A stretch of DNA of 64,000 nucleotides from Oscillospiraceae bacterium. GTDB lineage: Bacteria > Bacillota > Clostridia > Oscillospirales > CAG-272. Positions 36,410 to 44,495 of the stretch are shown one piece after another. The DNA lies in assembly GCA_015064255.1 (NCBI GenBank), contig SVSP01000009.1, forward strand, positions 4,062 to 68,061, read 5' to 3'. Position 1 is the first letter of the stretch; the number at the start of each line of letters is the position of its first letter. The position numbers were made by a program, and so were the translations under genes. A model generated the notes under the pieces. It saw only the letters and a list, made by a program, of their open reading frames with translations, was not told the DNA's origin and did no database searches.

Positions 36410-37858
36410 ATGAAACAATTATGGTTTGTTATCGGCAGCCAGCATCTTTACGGTGACGAAACTATCAAGCAGGTTGCTGTACACGCACAAGAAATGTCAG
36501 AGTATTTCAACGAAAAGCTTCCCTACGAGGTCGTTCTGAAGCCTGTTGCAACTACTGCCGACATTATCACTTCGATTATGAAGGAAGCTAACGCCTCTGA
36601 CGAGTGTATCGGTATCATCACTTGGATGCACACATTCTCACCCTCTAAGATGTGGATAACAGGACTCAACATCATCGAAAAGCCTATTCTCCATCTTCAC
36701 ACGCAGTACAACGAAAAGATCCCGTACGACAGCATTGATATGGACTTTATGAACCTCAATCAGTCTGCGCACGGCGACCGCGAGCACGGCTTTATTTACG
36801 CTCGTATGAGAAAGAATCGCAAGGTTGTTGCAGGATATTGGAAAGACAAAGAAACTCTCGCACAGATCGAAATCTGGGCTAAGGCGGCATACGGATATCA
36901 GGTCAGCAAAAATCTCAAGGTCTGCCGTTTCGGCGACAATATGCGTGACGTTGCAGTTACCGACGGCAACCGTGTTTCTGCCGAGGTTAAATTCGGCTGG
37001 AGCGTAAATTATTACGCAGTAGGAGATCTTGTTGACGAGATAAACAAGGTCACCGACGCAGAGGTTGATGCGCTTATCGAAGAATACCGCGCAAAATACA
37101 CGATAGTTACCGACAATATCGATTCTATCCGTGAGCAGGCGAAATACGAGATCGCGCTCAAGCGTTTTATGGAGCGCGGCAATTTCGGAGCATACACTAA
37201 TACATTTGAAGACCTTCACGGTATGAAACAGCTTCCCGGACTTGCATCTCAGCGTATGATGGAGCAGGGATACGGCTTCGGTGCTGAGGGTGACTGGAAA
37301 ACAGCTGCTATGCTCCGCGTTATGAAAGCTATGGCAGGCGGAGAAAAGACCGCATTTATGGAAGATTACACATATCATCTTGAAAAAGGCAACGAAATGA
37401 TACTCGGCGCGCATATGCTTGAGGTTTGTCCCACTGTTGCCAAGGGCGAGATCAAGATCGACGTACAGCCCCTCGGAATCGGCGGAAAAGAGCCGCCTGC
37501 GCGTATGATATTCGACGGCGAGCAGGGCGAAGCTATTGCTGTATCTCTCGTTGATCTCGGAAACCGTTACCGCCTTATCGTTGCCGAAGTAAGCTGTGTT
37601 GACATTCCCGAAAAGATGCCCCACCTTCCGGTTGCGGGCGTTATGTGGAAACCTTATCCCAATTTCCACGACGGCGTAAAGGCTTGGCTTCTTGCAGGCG
37701 GTGCGCATCACACCGTACTCAGCTTTGCGCTTACCAAGGAGCATATGATCGACTTTGCGCGTATGTACGGAATCGAATGTGTTGTTATCGGAAAGGACAC
37801 CGACGTCAACACCCTTGAAAAAGAGCTTTATCTGACCGATCTTATTTTGAAGGATTGA
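36410..37858 (+). CDS. araA: L-arabinose isomerase
   Basis: MKQLWFVIGSQHLYG N-terminus, typical of AraA, 482 aa. The track start at 36323 overlaps araD and lacks an RBS. Confidence 0.9.
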   Translation: MKQLWFVIGSQHLYGDETIKQVAVHAQEMSEYFNEKLPYEVVLKPVATTADIITSIMKEANASDECIGIITWMHTFSPSKMWITGLNIIEKPILHLHTQYNEKIPYDSIDMDFMNLNQSAHGDREHGFIYARMRKNRKVVAGYWKDKETLAQIEIWAKAAYGYQVSKNLKVCRFGDNMRDVAVTDGNRVSAEVKFGWSVNYYAVGDLVDEINKVTDAEVDALIEEYRAKYTIVTDNIDSIREQAKYEIALKRFMERGNFGAYTNTFEDLHGMKQLPGLASQRMMEQGYGFGAEGDWKTAAMLRVMKAMAGGEKTAFMEDYTYHLEKGNEMILGAHMLEVCPTVAKGEIKIDVQPLGIGGKEPPARMIFDGEQGEAIAVSLVDLGNRYRLIVAEVSCVDIPEKMPHLPVAGVMWKPYPNFHDGVKAWLLAGGAHHTVLSFALTKEHMIDFARMYGIECVVIGKDTDVNTLEKELYLTDLILKD

Positions 37859-37874
37859 GTTAATATAGAATTAG

Positions 37875-37907
37875 AAAGCACTTACGTTTTTTTCGTAAGT
37901 GCTTTTT
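37875..37907 (+). terminator. intrinsic terminator of the ara operon
   Basis: AAAGCACTTACG / CGTAAGTGCTTT stem followed by a T-run. Confidence 0.85.
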
Positions 37908-37914
37908 GTTTGGA

Positions 37915-38009
37915 TTTACCCTCTCAGTCGCCTTTGGCGACAGCTCTTCCAAAGGACGAGCCTTTACCCTCTCACCTGCTTCGCAGGAGCTCTCCCAAAG
38001 GGCGAGCCT
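37915..38009 (+). repeat. two tandem REP-like units (about 47 nt each)
   Basis: Unit 1 is TTTACCCTCTCA-GTCGCCtttGGCGAC-AGCTCTTCCAAAGGACGAGCC. Unit 2 is TTTACCCTCTCA-CCTGCttcGCAGG-AGCTCTCCCAAAGGGCGAGCC(T). Each unit contains two short GC-rich hairpins. Confidence 0.85.
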
Positions 38010-38014
38010 TATAA

Positions 38015-38046
38015 AACAAAAAACGCGGACAAAGTCCGCGTTTTTT
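38015..38046. terminator. bidirectional terminator (serves the minus-strand lectin-like gene)
   Basis: A-run, CGCGGAC-aaa-GTCCGCG, T-run. Confidence 0.8.
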
Positions 38047-38066
38047 ATGTAGTTACAGATCAATTA

Positions 38067-38885
38067 TTAGTTGAAGTGTCTCTTCTTACCGATAACGATA
38101 CCTGTTCCCATAGCTGCTACGAGAGCGATGAGGGAAACGATAACTGTTGTGTCACCGGTCTTAGTAGGAGTCTTAACGCCTGCTACATAAGATGTGAAGT
38201 AGAAGTTAGAAGCCTTGGAAGCGTCTGTTGTGTGGTTTCTCTGACGCATACGGATACCGTAGAGTTCGCCTTCGAGAAGACCCTTAGTGTCCTTAGTTTC
38301 GATTACCTTGTCGCCGTTGATGTAAGCACGGAGTGTTCCGTCTGCTTCCCATTCAGCTGCGATGGTGATACCCTTAGTAATGTCATACTTTGTGGTATCG
38401 ATAGGAGTTCTTTCCTTTTCAGGTGTGGACCAGATGGGACCCCAACCGCCAGCAAGGCTACCGCATCTTGCGAAGTAAATGTTGTTACCAGCGTCGATGA
38501 AGAGTACGTAGAACCCAACGTTCTGTTCCCAGAAGTTGTAGTTGGTGTTATCTGTGAGACAGAATACGAGACCGCTATCGCCAGCGCCCTTGCCGTCAGC
38601 ACTATCTCTTACCATAGTAGCTTCGAGTCTGTTAGCGTTGAGCTTGTTGTCGAAAATGAGGTAACCCTGGTCCTTGTCGTCTGCAAGGTAGAGTTCGCCG
38701 TTTTCGAATGTGAATGCCTTACCGTGTGTAACTTCTTCTACGATACGTCCGTTAAGGGGGTTGCCGTCAGCATCAGTAGCGATAGAATAGTTGTGTACGG
38801 GGATTTCGTCTTCAGCTGCTACTGTGAGAGCGAGCACGCTGAACATCATTACTGCTACGAGCAGTATGCTAATGAGTTTTTTCAT
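38067..38885 (-). CDS. secreted, C-terminally anchored protein with a concanavalin-A-like/LamG-like look; function unknown
   Basis: Signal peptide MKKLISILLVAVMMFSVLALTVAA. C-terminal KTPTKTGD + hydrophobic stretch + KKRHFN. Codon choice differs from its neighbours. Start at ATG 38883-38885 with a GGAGG RBS; the track start is TTG 15 nt upstream. Confidence 0.6.
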   Translation of the reverse strand: MKKLISILLVAVMMFSVLALTVAAEDEIPVHNYSIATDADGNPLNGRIVEEVTHGKAFTFENGELYLADDKDQGYLIFDNKLNANRLEATMVRDSADGKGAGDSGLVFCLTDNTNYNFWEQNVGFYVLFIDAGNNIYFARCGSLAGGWGPIWSTPEKERTPIDTTKYDITKGITIAAEWEADGTLRAYINGDKVIETKDTKGLLEGELYGIRMRQRNHTTDASKASNFYFTSYVAGVKTPTKTGDTTVIVSLIALVAAMGTGIVIGKKRHFN

Positions 38886-38913
38886 TGGTTTTTCCTCCAA
38901 TATAAAATTTCGT

Positions 38914-38931
38914 ACAGGGGCACTCCCCTGT
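38914..38931 (-). promoter_or_regulatory. 5-prime UTR hairpin (possible mRNA stabiliser)
   Basis: ACAGGGG-agtg-CCCCTGT on the minus strand, between the promoter and the RBS. Confidence 0.5.
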
Positions 38932-38941
38932 CGTTGTATGC

Positions 38942-38970
38942 ATTATATCACACGTAAAAATTTTTTTCAA
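38942..38970 (-). promoter_or_regulatory. promoter of the lectin-like gene
   Basis: Minus strand: TTGAAA, 17-nt spacer, TGaTATAAT. Confidence 0.7.
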
Positions 38971-39141
38971 GTACCATTCACGAGTTTTTAACGTTTTGTC
39001 AATATATTTGTCACGATGCACAATTTAAATTGCCAAGAATTGTACATTTTGACCTAAAAAATGAACTTTTTTTGACAAAATGTATAATTGCGATAATTTT
39101 CGGGTAATATTTTAGCCTTAAATATTTTATTTTTTCGGGGG

Positions 39142-39170
39142 TTGATATGTCGCGTGTGTTGTGGTATAAT
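39142..39170 (+). promoter_or_regulatory. promoter of the LOG-family gene
   Basis: TTGATA (39142-39147), 17-nt spacer, TGgTATAAT (TATAAT 39165-39170). Confidence 0.7.
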
Positions 39171-39196
39171 ATTTGTGGGAGATGTTAAAATTATTG

Positions 39197-39269
39197 CCTT
39201 CTCCGTCACGCTTCGCGTGCCACCTCTTCCATAGGTGGAGGCATTATAGGCTCGCCCTTTGGGAGAGCT
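39197..39269. repeat. REP-like element; its right end is the inverted copy of the 22-mer at 37988-38009
   Basis: CCTTCTCC-gt-CACGCttcGCGTG-CCACCTCTTCCATAGGTGGAGG... then AGGCTCGCCCTTTGGGAGAGCT (39248-39269). That 22-mer is the exact reverse complement of AGCTCTCCCAAAGGGCGAGCCT. Confidence 0.85.
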
Positions 39270-39320
39270 TATTCACAACAAAAATCTGTTTTCTCACCAA
39301 TATGCAAAGGAGGTTTCTGT

Positions 39321-39902
39321 ATGAGAATATGTGTATATGGTGCAGCATCACCGACTATCGACCCGAAATATATTGAAGCGGTCGAAAAAATGGGAAAAGA
39401 AATGGTTTCCCGCGGTCACTCCCTTGTCTTCGGAGGCGGCGGTAACGGTCTTATGGGAGCCGCCGCACGCGGAGTCCGCGCCGCAGGAGGCCACATTATC
39501 GGCGTTATTCCTAAATTCTTCGACGAAGAAAAGGTTGAGGCTATCTGCGACTTCTGCGACGAGCTTATTCAACCAAACACTATGCGCGAACGCAAACAAA
39601 TTATGGAAGACAACGCCGACGCTTTTATCGTCGTCCCCGGCGGCATCGGTACTTTCGAAGAGTTTTTCGAAATACTGACTCTCAAACAGCTCTGCCGTCA
39701 CAACAAGCCTATCGCTATCTACAATCTTAACGGCTATTACAACGAGCTTCATATGGTTCTTCTTGAAGCTATGAAAAAGAATTTCATCCGCGAAAATTGT
39801 TCCGACCTCTACGAGATCACCGACGACCTCGAAAGACTCTTCGCTTACGTTGAAAATACCGACAACAAGGCTCACTCCGTTAAAGAACTTAAAGACGGCT
39901 AA
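39321..39902 (+). CDS. LOG-family (TIGR00730-type) nucleotide phosphoribohydrolase
   Basis: 193 aa; GGGGNGLMGAAA and PGGIGTFEEFFE motifs. AAAGGAGG RBS. Confidence 0.85.
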   Translation: MRICVYGAASPTIDPKYIEAVEKMGKEMVSRGHSLVFGGGGNGLMGAAARGVRAAGGHIIGVIPKFFDEEKVEAICDFCDELIQPNTMRERKQIMEDNADAFIVVPGGIGTFEEFFEILTLKQLCRHNKPIAIYNLNGYYNELHMVLLEAMKKNFIRENCSDLYEITDDLERLFAYVENTDNKAHSVKELKDG

Positions 39903-39903
39903 C

Positions 39904-40185
39904 TTCCAAGGGCTCTCCTCTTGGAATCCGCCAAGAACCTTTTTGAAAAAAGGTTCTTGGATCTCCAAAAACTTTACTGAAAAAGAAAAAAACAAGAAGC
40001 GAAGGGCGCAATTTGCGGTTTTTGCGAAGCGAAAAATCGGACTGTGTCCGATAGCGAAATTGCCAAGCGACGCTTGCGTCGCTTTTGTCCTATGGATCCT
40101 GCTTAAACCCTTTTTGTAAAAAGGGTTTAAGAATCCCAAGAACTTTACTAAAAAAGACAATAGGACAGAGATTTTTCTCTGTCCT
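39904..40185 (+). repeat. ORF-free hairpin cluster with a duplicated 64-nt unit; possible structured 3-prime UTR or ncRNA
   Basis: Hairpins at 39904-39926, 39931-39960, 40037-40053, 40065-40084, 40102-40131 and 40162-40185. The last is followed by TTTCTT. The 64-nt units are 39923-39986 and 40094-40157. Confidence 0.75.
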
Positions 40186-40350
40186 TTCTTATTCACCATA
40201 TTTCAAATATAAAAATTTATTTACCTCTGCTTATCAATAAATTTTCCAAGTTATATCAAAATTATTATTGAAATTATCCAAATCTTGTGATATACTACTG
40301 TAAAGATATCTAAAATATTATTTTTAACACTTATATTCAGGAGGAAAAAT

Positions 40351-41403
40351 ATGAATATGAAGCTTTCTTTCCGTTGGTACGGAAAAGACGATCCTATCTC
40401 ACTTGAATACATTTCCCAGATCCCGGGTATGCGTTCTATCGTATCCGCTGTTTATGACGTAAAGCCCGGTGAGGTTTGGCCCGAAGAAAGTCTTAAGAAA
40501 ATGAAAGAGGAATGTGACGCTCACGGTCTTGTTTTCGACGTTGTTGAATCTATCCCCGTTCACGAGAACATCAAGCTCGGCAGAGGAAACGTTGATCATC
40601 TCCTCGACGTTTACTGCGAAAATATCCGCCGCTGTGCAAAATACGGCGTTAAATGCGTTACATACAACTTTATGCCCGTTTTCGACTGGACACGCACACA
40701 GCTCGACAAAAAAGCTCCCGACGGCTCTACAAGCCTTGTTATGTACTGGGATCAGATGAGAGGTCTTGATCCTCTTAAGGACGATATCCATCTTCCCGGT
40801 TGGGATTCAAGCTATACTCAGGACGAGGTCAGAGAGCTTATCACAGCGTACGGAGAGATCGGCGAGGAAGGTCTTTGGAAGAACATTGAAATATTCCTCA
40901 AGAAGGTAATTCCCGTTGCAGAAGAGTGCGGTGTAAGAATGGCTATACATCCCGACGATCCGCCCTACTCTATATTCGGTCTGCCGAGAATCATCACAAA
41001 CGAAGCAAATCTCGATCGCTTCCTTGCACTCGTTGACAGCCCTGCAAATTCTCTCTGCCTCTGTACGGGAAGCCTTGGATGCGCTGACAGCAACGATATT
41101 CCCGCAATGGTACGCAAATATGCGGAGATGGACCGCATCGCGTTTATGCACATACGCAACGTAAAGATAATGGAAGACGGATCCTTCGAGGAAAGAGCGC
41201 ATCTTTCTTCCTGTGGATCGCTTGACATATACGACATCGTCAAGGCACTTGCCGAAAACGGATTTGACGGGTACGTACGCCCCGACCACGGACGTATGAT
41301 CTGGGGTGAAACAGGAAAGCCCGGTTACGGTCTGTTTGACAGAGCGCTCGGCGCAACGTACATCAACGGTCTTTTCGAGGCTTGCGAAAAATCTGCTAAA
41401 TAA
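40351..41403 (+). CDS. uxuA: mannonate dehydratase
   Basis: 350 aa; N-terminus MKLSFRWYGKDDPISLEYISQIPG is typical of UxuA. AGGAGG RBS. Confidence 0.88.
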   Translation: MNMKLSFRWYGKDDPISLEYISQIPGMRSIVSAVYDVKPGEVWPEESLKKMKEECDAHGLVFDVVESIPVHENIKLGRGNVDHLLDVYCENIRRCAKYGVKCVTYNFMPVFDWTRTQLDKKAPDGSTSLVMYWDQMRGLDPLKDDIHLPGWDSSYTQDEVRELITAYGEIGEEGLWKNIEIFLKKVIPVAEECGVRMAIHPDDPPYSIFGLPRIITNEANLDRFLALVDSPANSLCLCTGSLGCADSNDIPAMVRKYAEMDRIAFMHIRNVKIMEDGSFEERAHLSSCGSLDIYDIVKALAENGFDGYVRPDHGRMIWGETGKPGYGLFDRALGATYINGLFEACEKSAK

Positions 41404-41423
41404 TTATATAAGGAGAAAAATAT

Positions 41424-42275
41424 ATGAACAAAAACGTTTTGAATACCGACCTTACAGGCAAGGTTGCGGTAGTTACAGGTGCAGGCGGCGTGCTTTGCAG
41501 CTATTTTGCAAAGGTTCTTGCAAGAGCAGGCGCAAAGGTTGCCCTTCTTGACCTCAACGAAGAAGCAGCAAAGTCCTTCGCAGAAGAAATTACTGCAGAA
41601 GGCGGAATTGCCAAAGCGTACGCTTGCAACGTACTTGATAAAGATATTTGTACAGAGGTTGCAGACAATGTTCTTTCCGACCTCGGTCCCTGCGACATTC
41701 TCGTTAACGGTGCGGGCGGAAATAATCCGAGAGCCACCACCGATAAGGAATACTACGAGCCTGGTGACATCGATGCTGACACAAAGAGCTTCTTTGATCT
41801 TGACGCTGACGGCGTAGGATTCGTATTCAATCTCAACTTTCTCGGAACACTCATTCCCACACAGGCTTTTGCAAAGCAGATGCTCGGACGCAAGGGATGC
41901 TCTATTCTCAATATTTCCTCAATGAACGCATATACTCCTCTCACAAAGATTCCCGCGTATTCGGGCGCAAAGGCTGCTATATCCAACTTCACACAGTGGC
42001 TTGCAGTACACTTCTCAAAAGAAGGAATCCGCGTAAACGCTATTGCACCCGGATTCTTCTCCACCAAGCAGAATGCAAAGCTCCTTTGGAATGACGACGG
42101 TACACCCACGGCACGTACAGGAAAGATCCTCGCGGCAACTCCCATGGGACGTTTCGGAAAGACCGAAGAGCTTGAAGGCGGTCTTCTCTTCCTTCTCAAC
42201 AACGATGCTGCAGGATTTATCACAGGCGTTGTTCTCCCGATAGACGGCGGATTCTCCGCATATTCGGGCGTATAA
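41424..42275 (+). CDS. uxuB: SDR-family oxidoreductase (YjmF/UxuB-type D-mannonate oxidoreductase)
   Basis: TGAGGVLC Rossmann motif and YSGAK catalytic motif; directly downstream of uxuA. Confidence 0.65.
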   Translation: MNKNVLNTDLTGKVAVVTGAGGVLCSYFAKVLARAGAKVALLDLNEEAAKSFAEEITAEGGIAKAYACNVLDKDICTEVADNVLSDLGPCDILVNGAGGNNPRATTDKEYYEPGDIDADTKSFFDLDADGVGFVFNLNFLGTLIPTQAFAKQMLGRKGCSILNISSMNAYTPLTKIPAYSGAKAAISNFTQWLAVHFSKEGIRVNAIAPGFFSTKQNAKLLWNDDGTPTARTGKILAATPMGRFGKTEELEGGLLFLLNNDAAGFITGVVLPIDGGFSAYSGV

Positions 42276-42293
42276 TTGGATTGTTTATATTCG

Positions 42294-42330
42294 AAAACAC
42301 CATTACCTAAAAATGGTAATGGTGTTTTTA
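42294..42330 (+). terminator. intrinsic terminator of the uxu operon
   Basis: ACACCATTACC / GGTAATGGTGT stem flanked by AAAA and TTTTT. Confidence 0.85.
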
Positions 42331-42426
42331 TAATATTTACATTATGTCAAAATACAGGAAATTTTTTTATGATACAGTAAAAATGAACGAAAACATATTA
42401 ACACAAAATAAAAAAGGAGTACCGCC

Positions 42427-42948
42427 ATGAAAAAACGAAATTTCATCACCTTGATTTTAGGTATTGCATCTGTTGCTCTCGGATTTTTATACCCTATCTT
42501 TAAGCCGTCATATTCATATTGGGGATGTTTTTTAACACTTGTTCCCTTCGCTTTTATTTTACTCGGTATCTTTATTATGCTTTTCGCTGCTCTCGGTTTC
42601 TCTTTTCCTGACTTTTTCAAGGAAAAGTGTCCGCTTTCAACTACGATAACCGCGACGGCAGGTTCACTTGTCGGAGCTTGTTGGTTTGTGTGCTTTTTTG
42701 TTTACGCCACAAGTTCAAGTAAAAACAATCCGATAGCTTACCCTATGTCCATAACATTCGGAAACATTTTAAGTATATGTTTACTTATATTACTTGTAGT
42801 TTACCTGTATTTCAGAATTAAAAAATTCTATTTCAGCGGCCTCGGAGTAGATGTGCTTATAGTTATTTTGACCTTTATTCCGTTTATTTTTATATCCGCA
42901 GGAGTTGCCGAAATCGCAGAGGATATTTATCACGCTATCACAATGTAA
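42427..42948 (+). CDS. hypothetical polytopic membrane protein
   Basis: 173 aa, about 5 hydrophobic segments, AAAGGAG RBS. No family recognised. Confidence 0.55.
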   Translation: MKKRNFITLILGIASVALGFLYPIFKPSYSYWGCFLTLVPFAFILLGIFIMLFAALGFSFPDFFKEKCPLSTTITATAGSLVGACWFVCFFVYATSSSKNNPIAYPMSITFGNILSICLLILLVVYLYFRIKKFYFSGLGVDVLIVILTFIPFIFISAGVAEIAEDIYHAITM

Positions 42949-42960
42949 ACACAAAATAAA

Positions 42961-42990
42961 AAAAGTATTCGAACATAAGCGAATACTTTT
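42961..42990. terminator. bidirectional terminator
   Basis: AAAAGTATTCG / CGAATACTTTT stem between convergent genes. Confidence 0.75.
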
Positions 42991-43005
42991 TTTATTTATA
43001 ATAAG

Positions 43006-44364
43006 TTAAATTGCAAAATACTTTTTCTGCATTTCGGGTATCTGCCCCTTCATTTCTCTCAGCACGTTCTTTGCTCTTTCATCGCCTGCTACGTATCTGT
43101 TCATATAGTAGCCCTCTGCCTTGCACGCAAGGTCGTGAAGCGGGAAATAGTTTTCCATAAGGAAGCTTCCGTATTTCACCCATCTGAAATCACCTACGAG
43201 GCGGTATTCTGTGCTTATCGTATCAACGGCAACGGAATACTTATTCTTTATAGCATCTATCAACTCAAAACGCTCGTTCTCTTTCGCAAAAACGATAGTT
43301 GAACAGATAAGTGCGTTTCGGTTATGCTCTGTAGAACCGTGGCTGTCTGTGCTTCCGACTACCGGTCTGTCTATTCCGTTTGCCTTCATTTCATAGTAAA
43401 GACTTGTCTGGAATCCGTTATGCGAGAAAATATTTTCTCCGCCGAGCACTTCGAACGCGTCAAACGGTCCTTTTTCGTATATGAAACGGGTATAATCCTC
43501 GGGAAGCTGCATCATCTGACAGAGCCAATATGGGTGCGGGAATATTCCAAGTCCCTTATTTGCCTTGATATGCTCATAAGTCCATTCAAGAACGGCATAG
43601 CTGAGTCTTTCCGATTCGTTTTCTCTCGGCACGCTCTTTGCTCTTTCCTTTATCATTTCGATAAATTCTTCCTTTTCCATCGGATCGGGAGCGTTTCCGT
43701 CTGTTGATCGGTATTTGAGATCGTCGCCTGCTTTTTCTTCATTTGCAGAAGGCTTTACGAGTGCGTTTATACTGTACGTACCACCAAAATTAACGTAGTG
43801 AACATCATTCAGCGGCAGATGTATCTCTTCACCCGGAACGATAGTAAAGTCTGTAATATCCTTATAAAATTCTATCGTTTCGAGAGACGGATAAAATCTT
43901 CTGTGGTCGGAAATTACGAAGAAATCGTAGCCGTGACCTCGATAGTTTGCGGCAACGCTTGTAGGACCTTCTCTTCCGTCGGAACGGCAGGTGTGCATAT
44001 GAAGGTCGCCTCTGTACGGAATTCTTCCCTTCATATCGTGTTCAAGGCTATACACGGAAAGTGTGCAAAACGGTCTTGCATCGGGAGCATCATACAGGTT
44101 TATAAAGTGCTCTCCTTCGCCTTCAAGAGATACGCTGAAAACAAGGCATCCCTCTTCATCAGGATTTACCGCAAGCGAAATACGTCCGCTTCTTTCGGGA
44201 TAAACAGAAGGATTTGACTGATCCACCTTGAATATCTTTACTGTATATTCCTTGTTTTTGTCAAATTCGCTATGCAGACCAAGCGGTTTTACCGTTATCT
44301 TGTTTTCGGTATCCGCAAGAACTACTTTCGGGTAGATATCATAGTTATAAAGAACTGATTTCAT
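43006..44364 (-). CDS. PHP-domain metal-dependent phosphoesterase with an N-terminal beta-sandwich-like region
   Basis: GDLHMHTCRSDGREG and FFVISDHRRF match PHP (polymerase/histidinol phosphatase) motifs; later STDSHG. Confidence 0.6.
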   Translation of the reverse strand: MKSVLYNYDIYPKVVLADTENKITVKPLGLHSEFDKNKEYTVKIFKVDQSNPSVYPERSGRISLAVNPDEEGCLVFSVSLEGEGEHFINLYDAPDARPFCTLSVYSLEHDMKGRIPYRGDLHMHTCRSDGREGPTSVAANYRGHGYDFFVISDHRRFYPSLETIEFYKDITDFTIVPGEEIHLPLNDVHYVNFGGTYSINALVKPSANEEKAGDDLKYRSTDGNAPDPMEKEEFIEMIKERAKSVPRENESERLSYAVLEWTYEHIKANKGLGIFPHPYWLCQMMQLPEDYTRFIYEKGPFDAFEVLGGENIFSHNGFQTSLYYEMKANGIDRPVVGSTDSHGSTEHNRNALICSTIVFAKENERFELIDAIKNKYSVAVDTISTEYRLVGDFRWVKYGSFLMENYFPLHDLACKAEGYYMNRYVAGDERAKNVLREMKGQIPEMQKKYFAI

Positions 44365-44455
44365 TTTATTATCCTTTCACTTAGATTAAGCACATTATAT
44401 CACACACTATAAAAAAAGTAAATATTTTTCACAAAAATATATTTTTTCTAAACGA

Positions 44456-44484
44456 TTGAAATTTATTTGATTTTATGGTATAAT
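44456..44484 (+). promoter_or_regulatory. promoter of the GH2 gene
   Basis: TTGAAA (44456-44461), 17-nt spacer, TGgTATAAT (TATAAT 44479-44484). Confidence 0.65.
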
Positions 44485-44495
44485 GAGCCAAATAT

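Noticed and set aside
37899-38957. 352-aa plus-strand ORF covering the REP-like units and the antisense strand of the lectin-like gene.
   Set aside because: It starts inside repeat elements, runs through a bidirectional terminator, has no RBS and is Cys/Val/Ser-rich. The minus-strand gene has a promoter, UTR hairpin, GGAGG RBS, signal peptide and terminator.
39348-40199. 283-aa minus-strand ORF spanning the hairpin cluster and the antisense strand of the LOG gene.
   Set aside because: It consists of translated palindromes (repetitive FLKKG/KNF-type peptides) plus LOG antisense. It has no RBS and would read through several strong hairpins.
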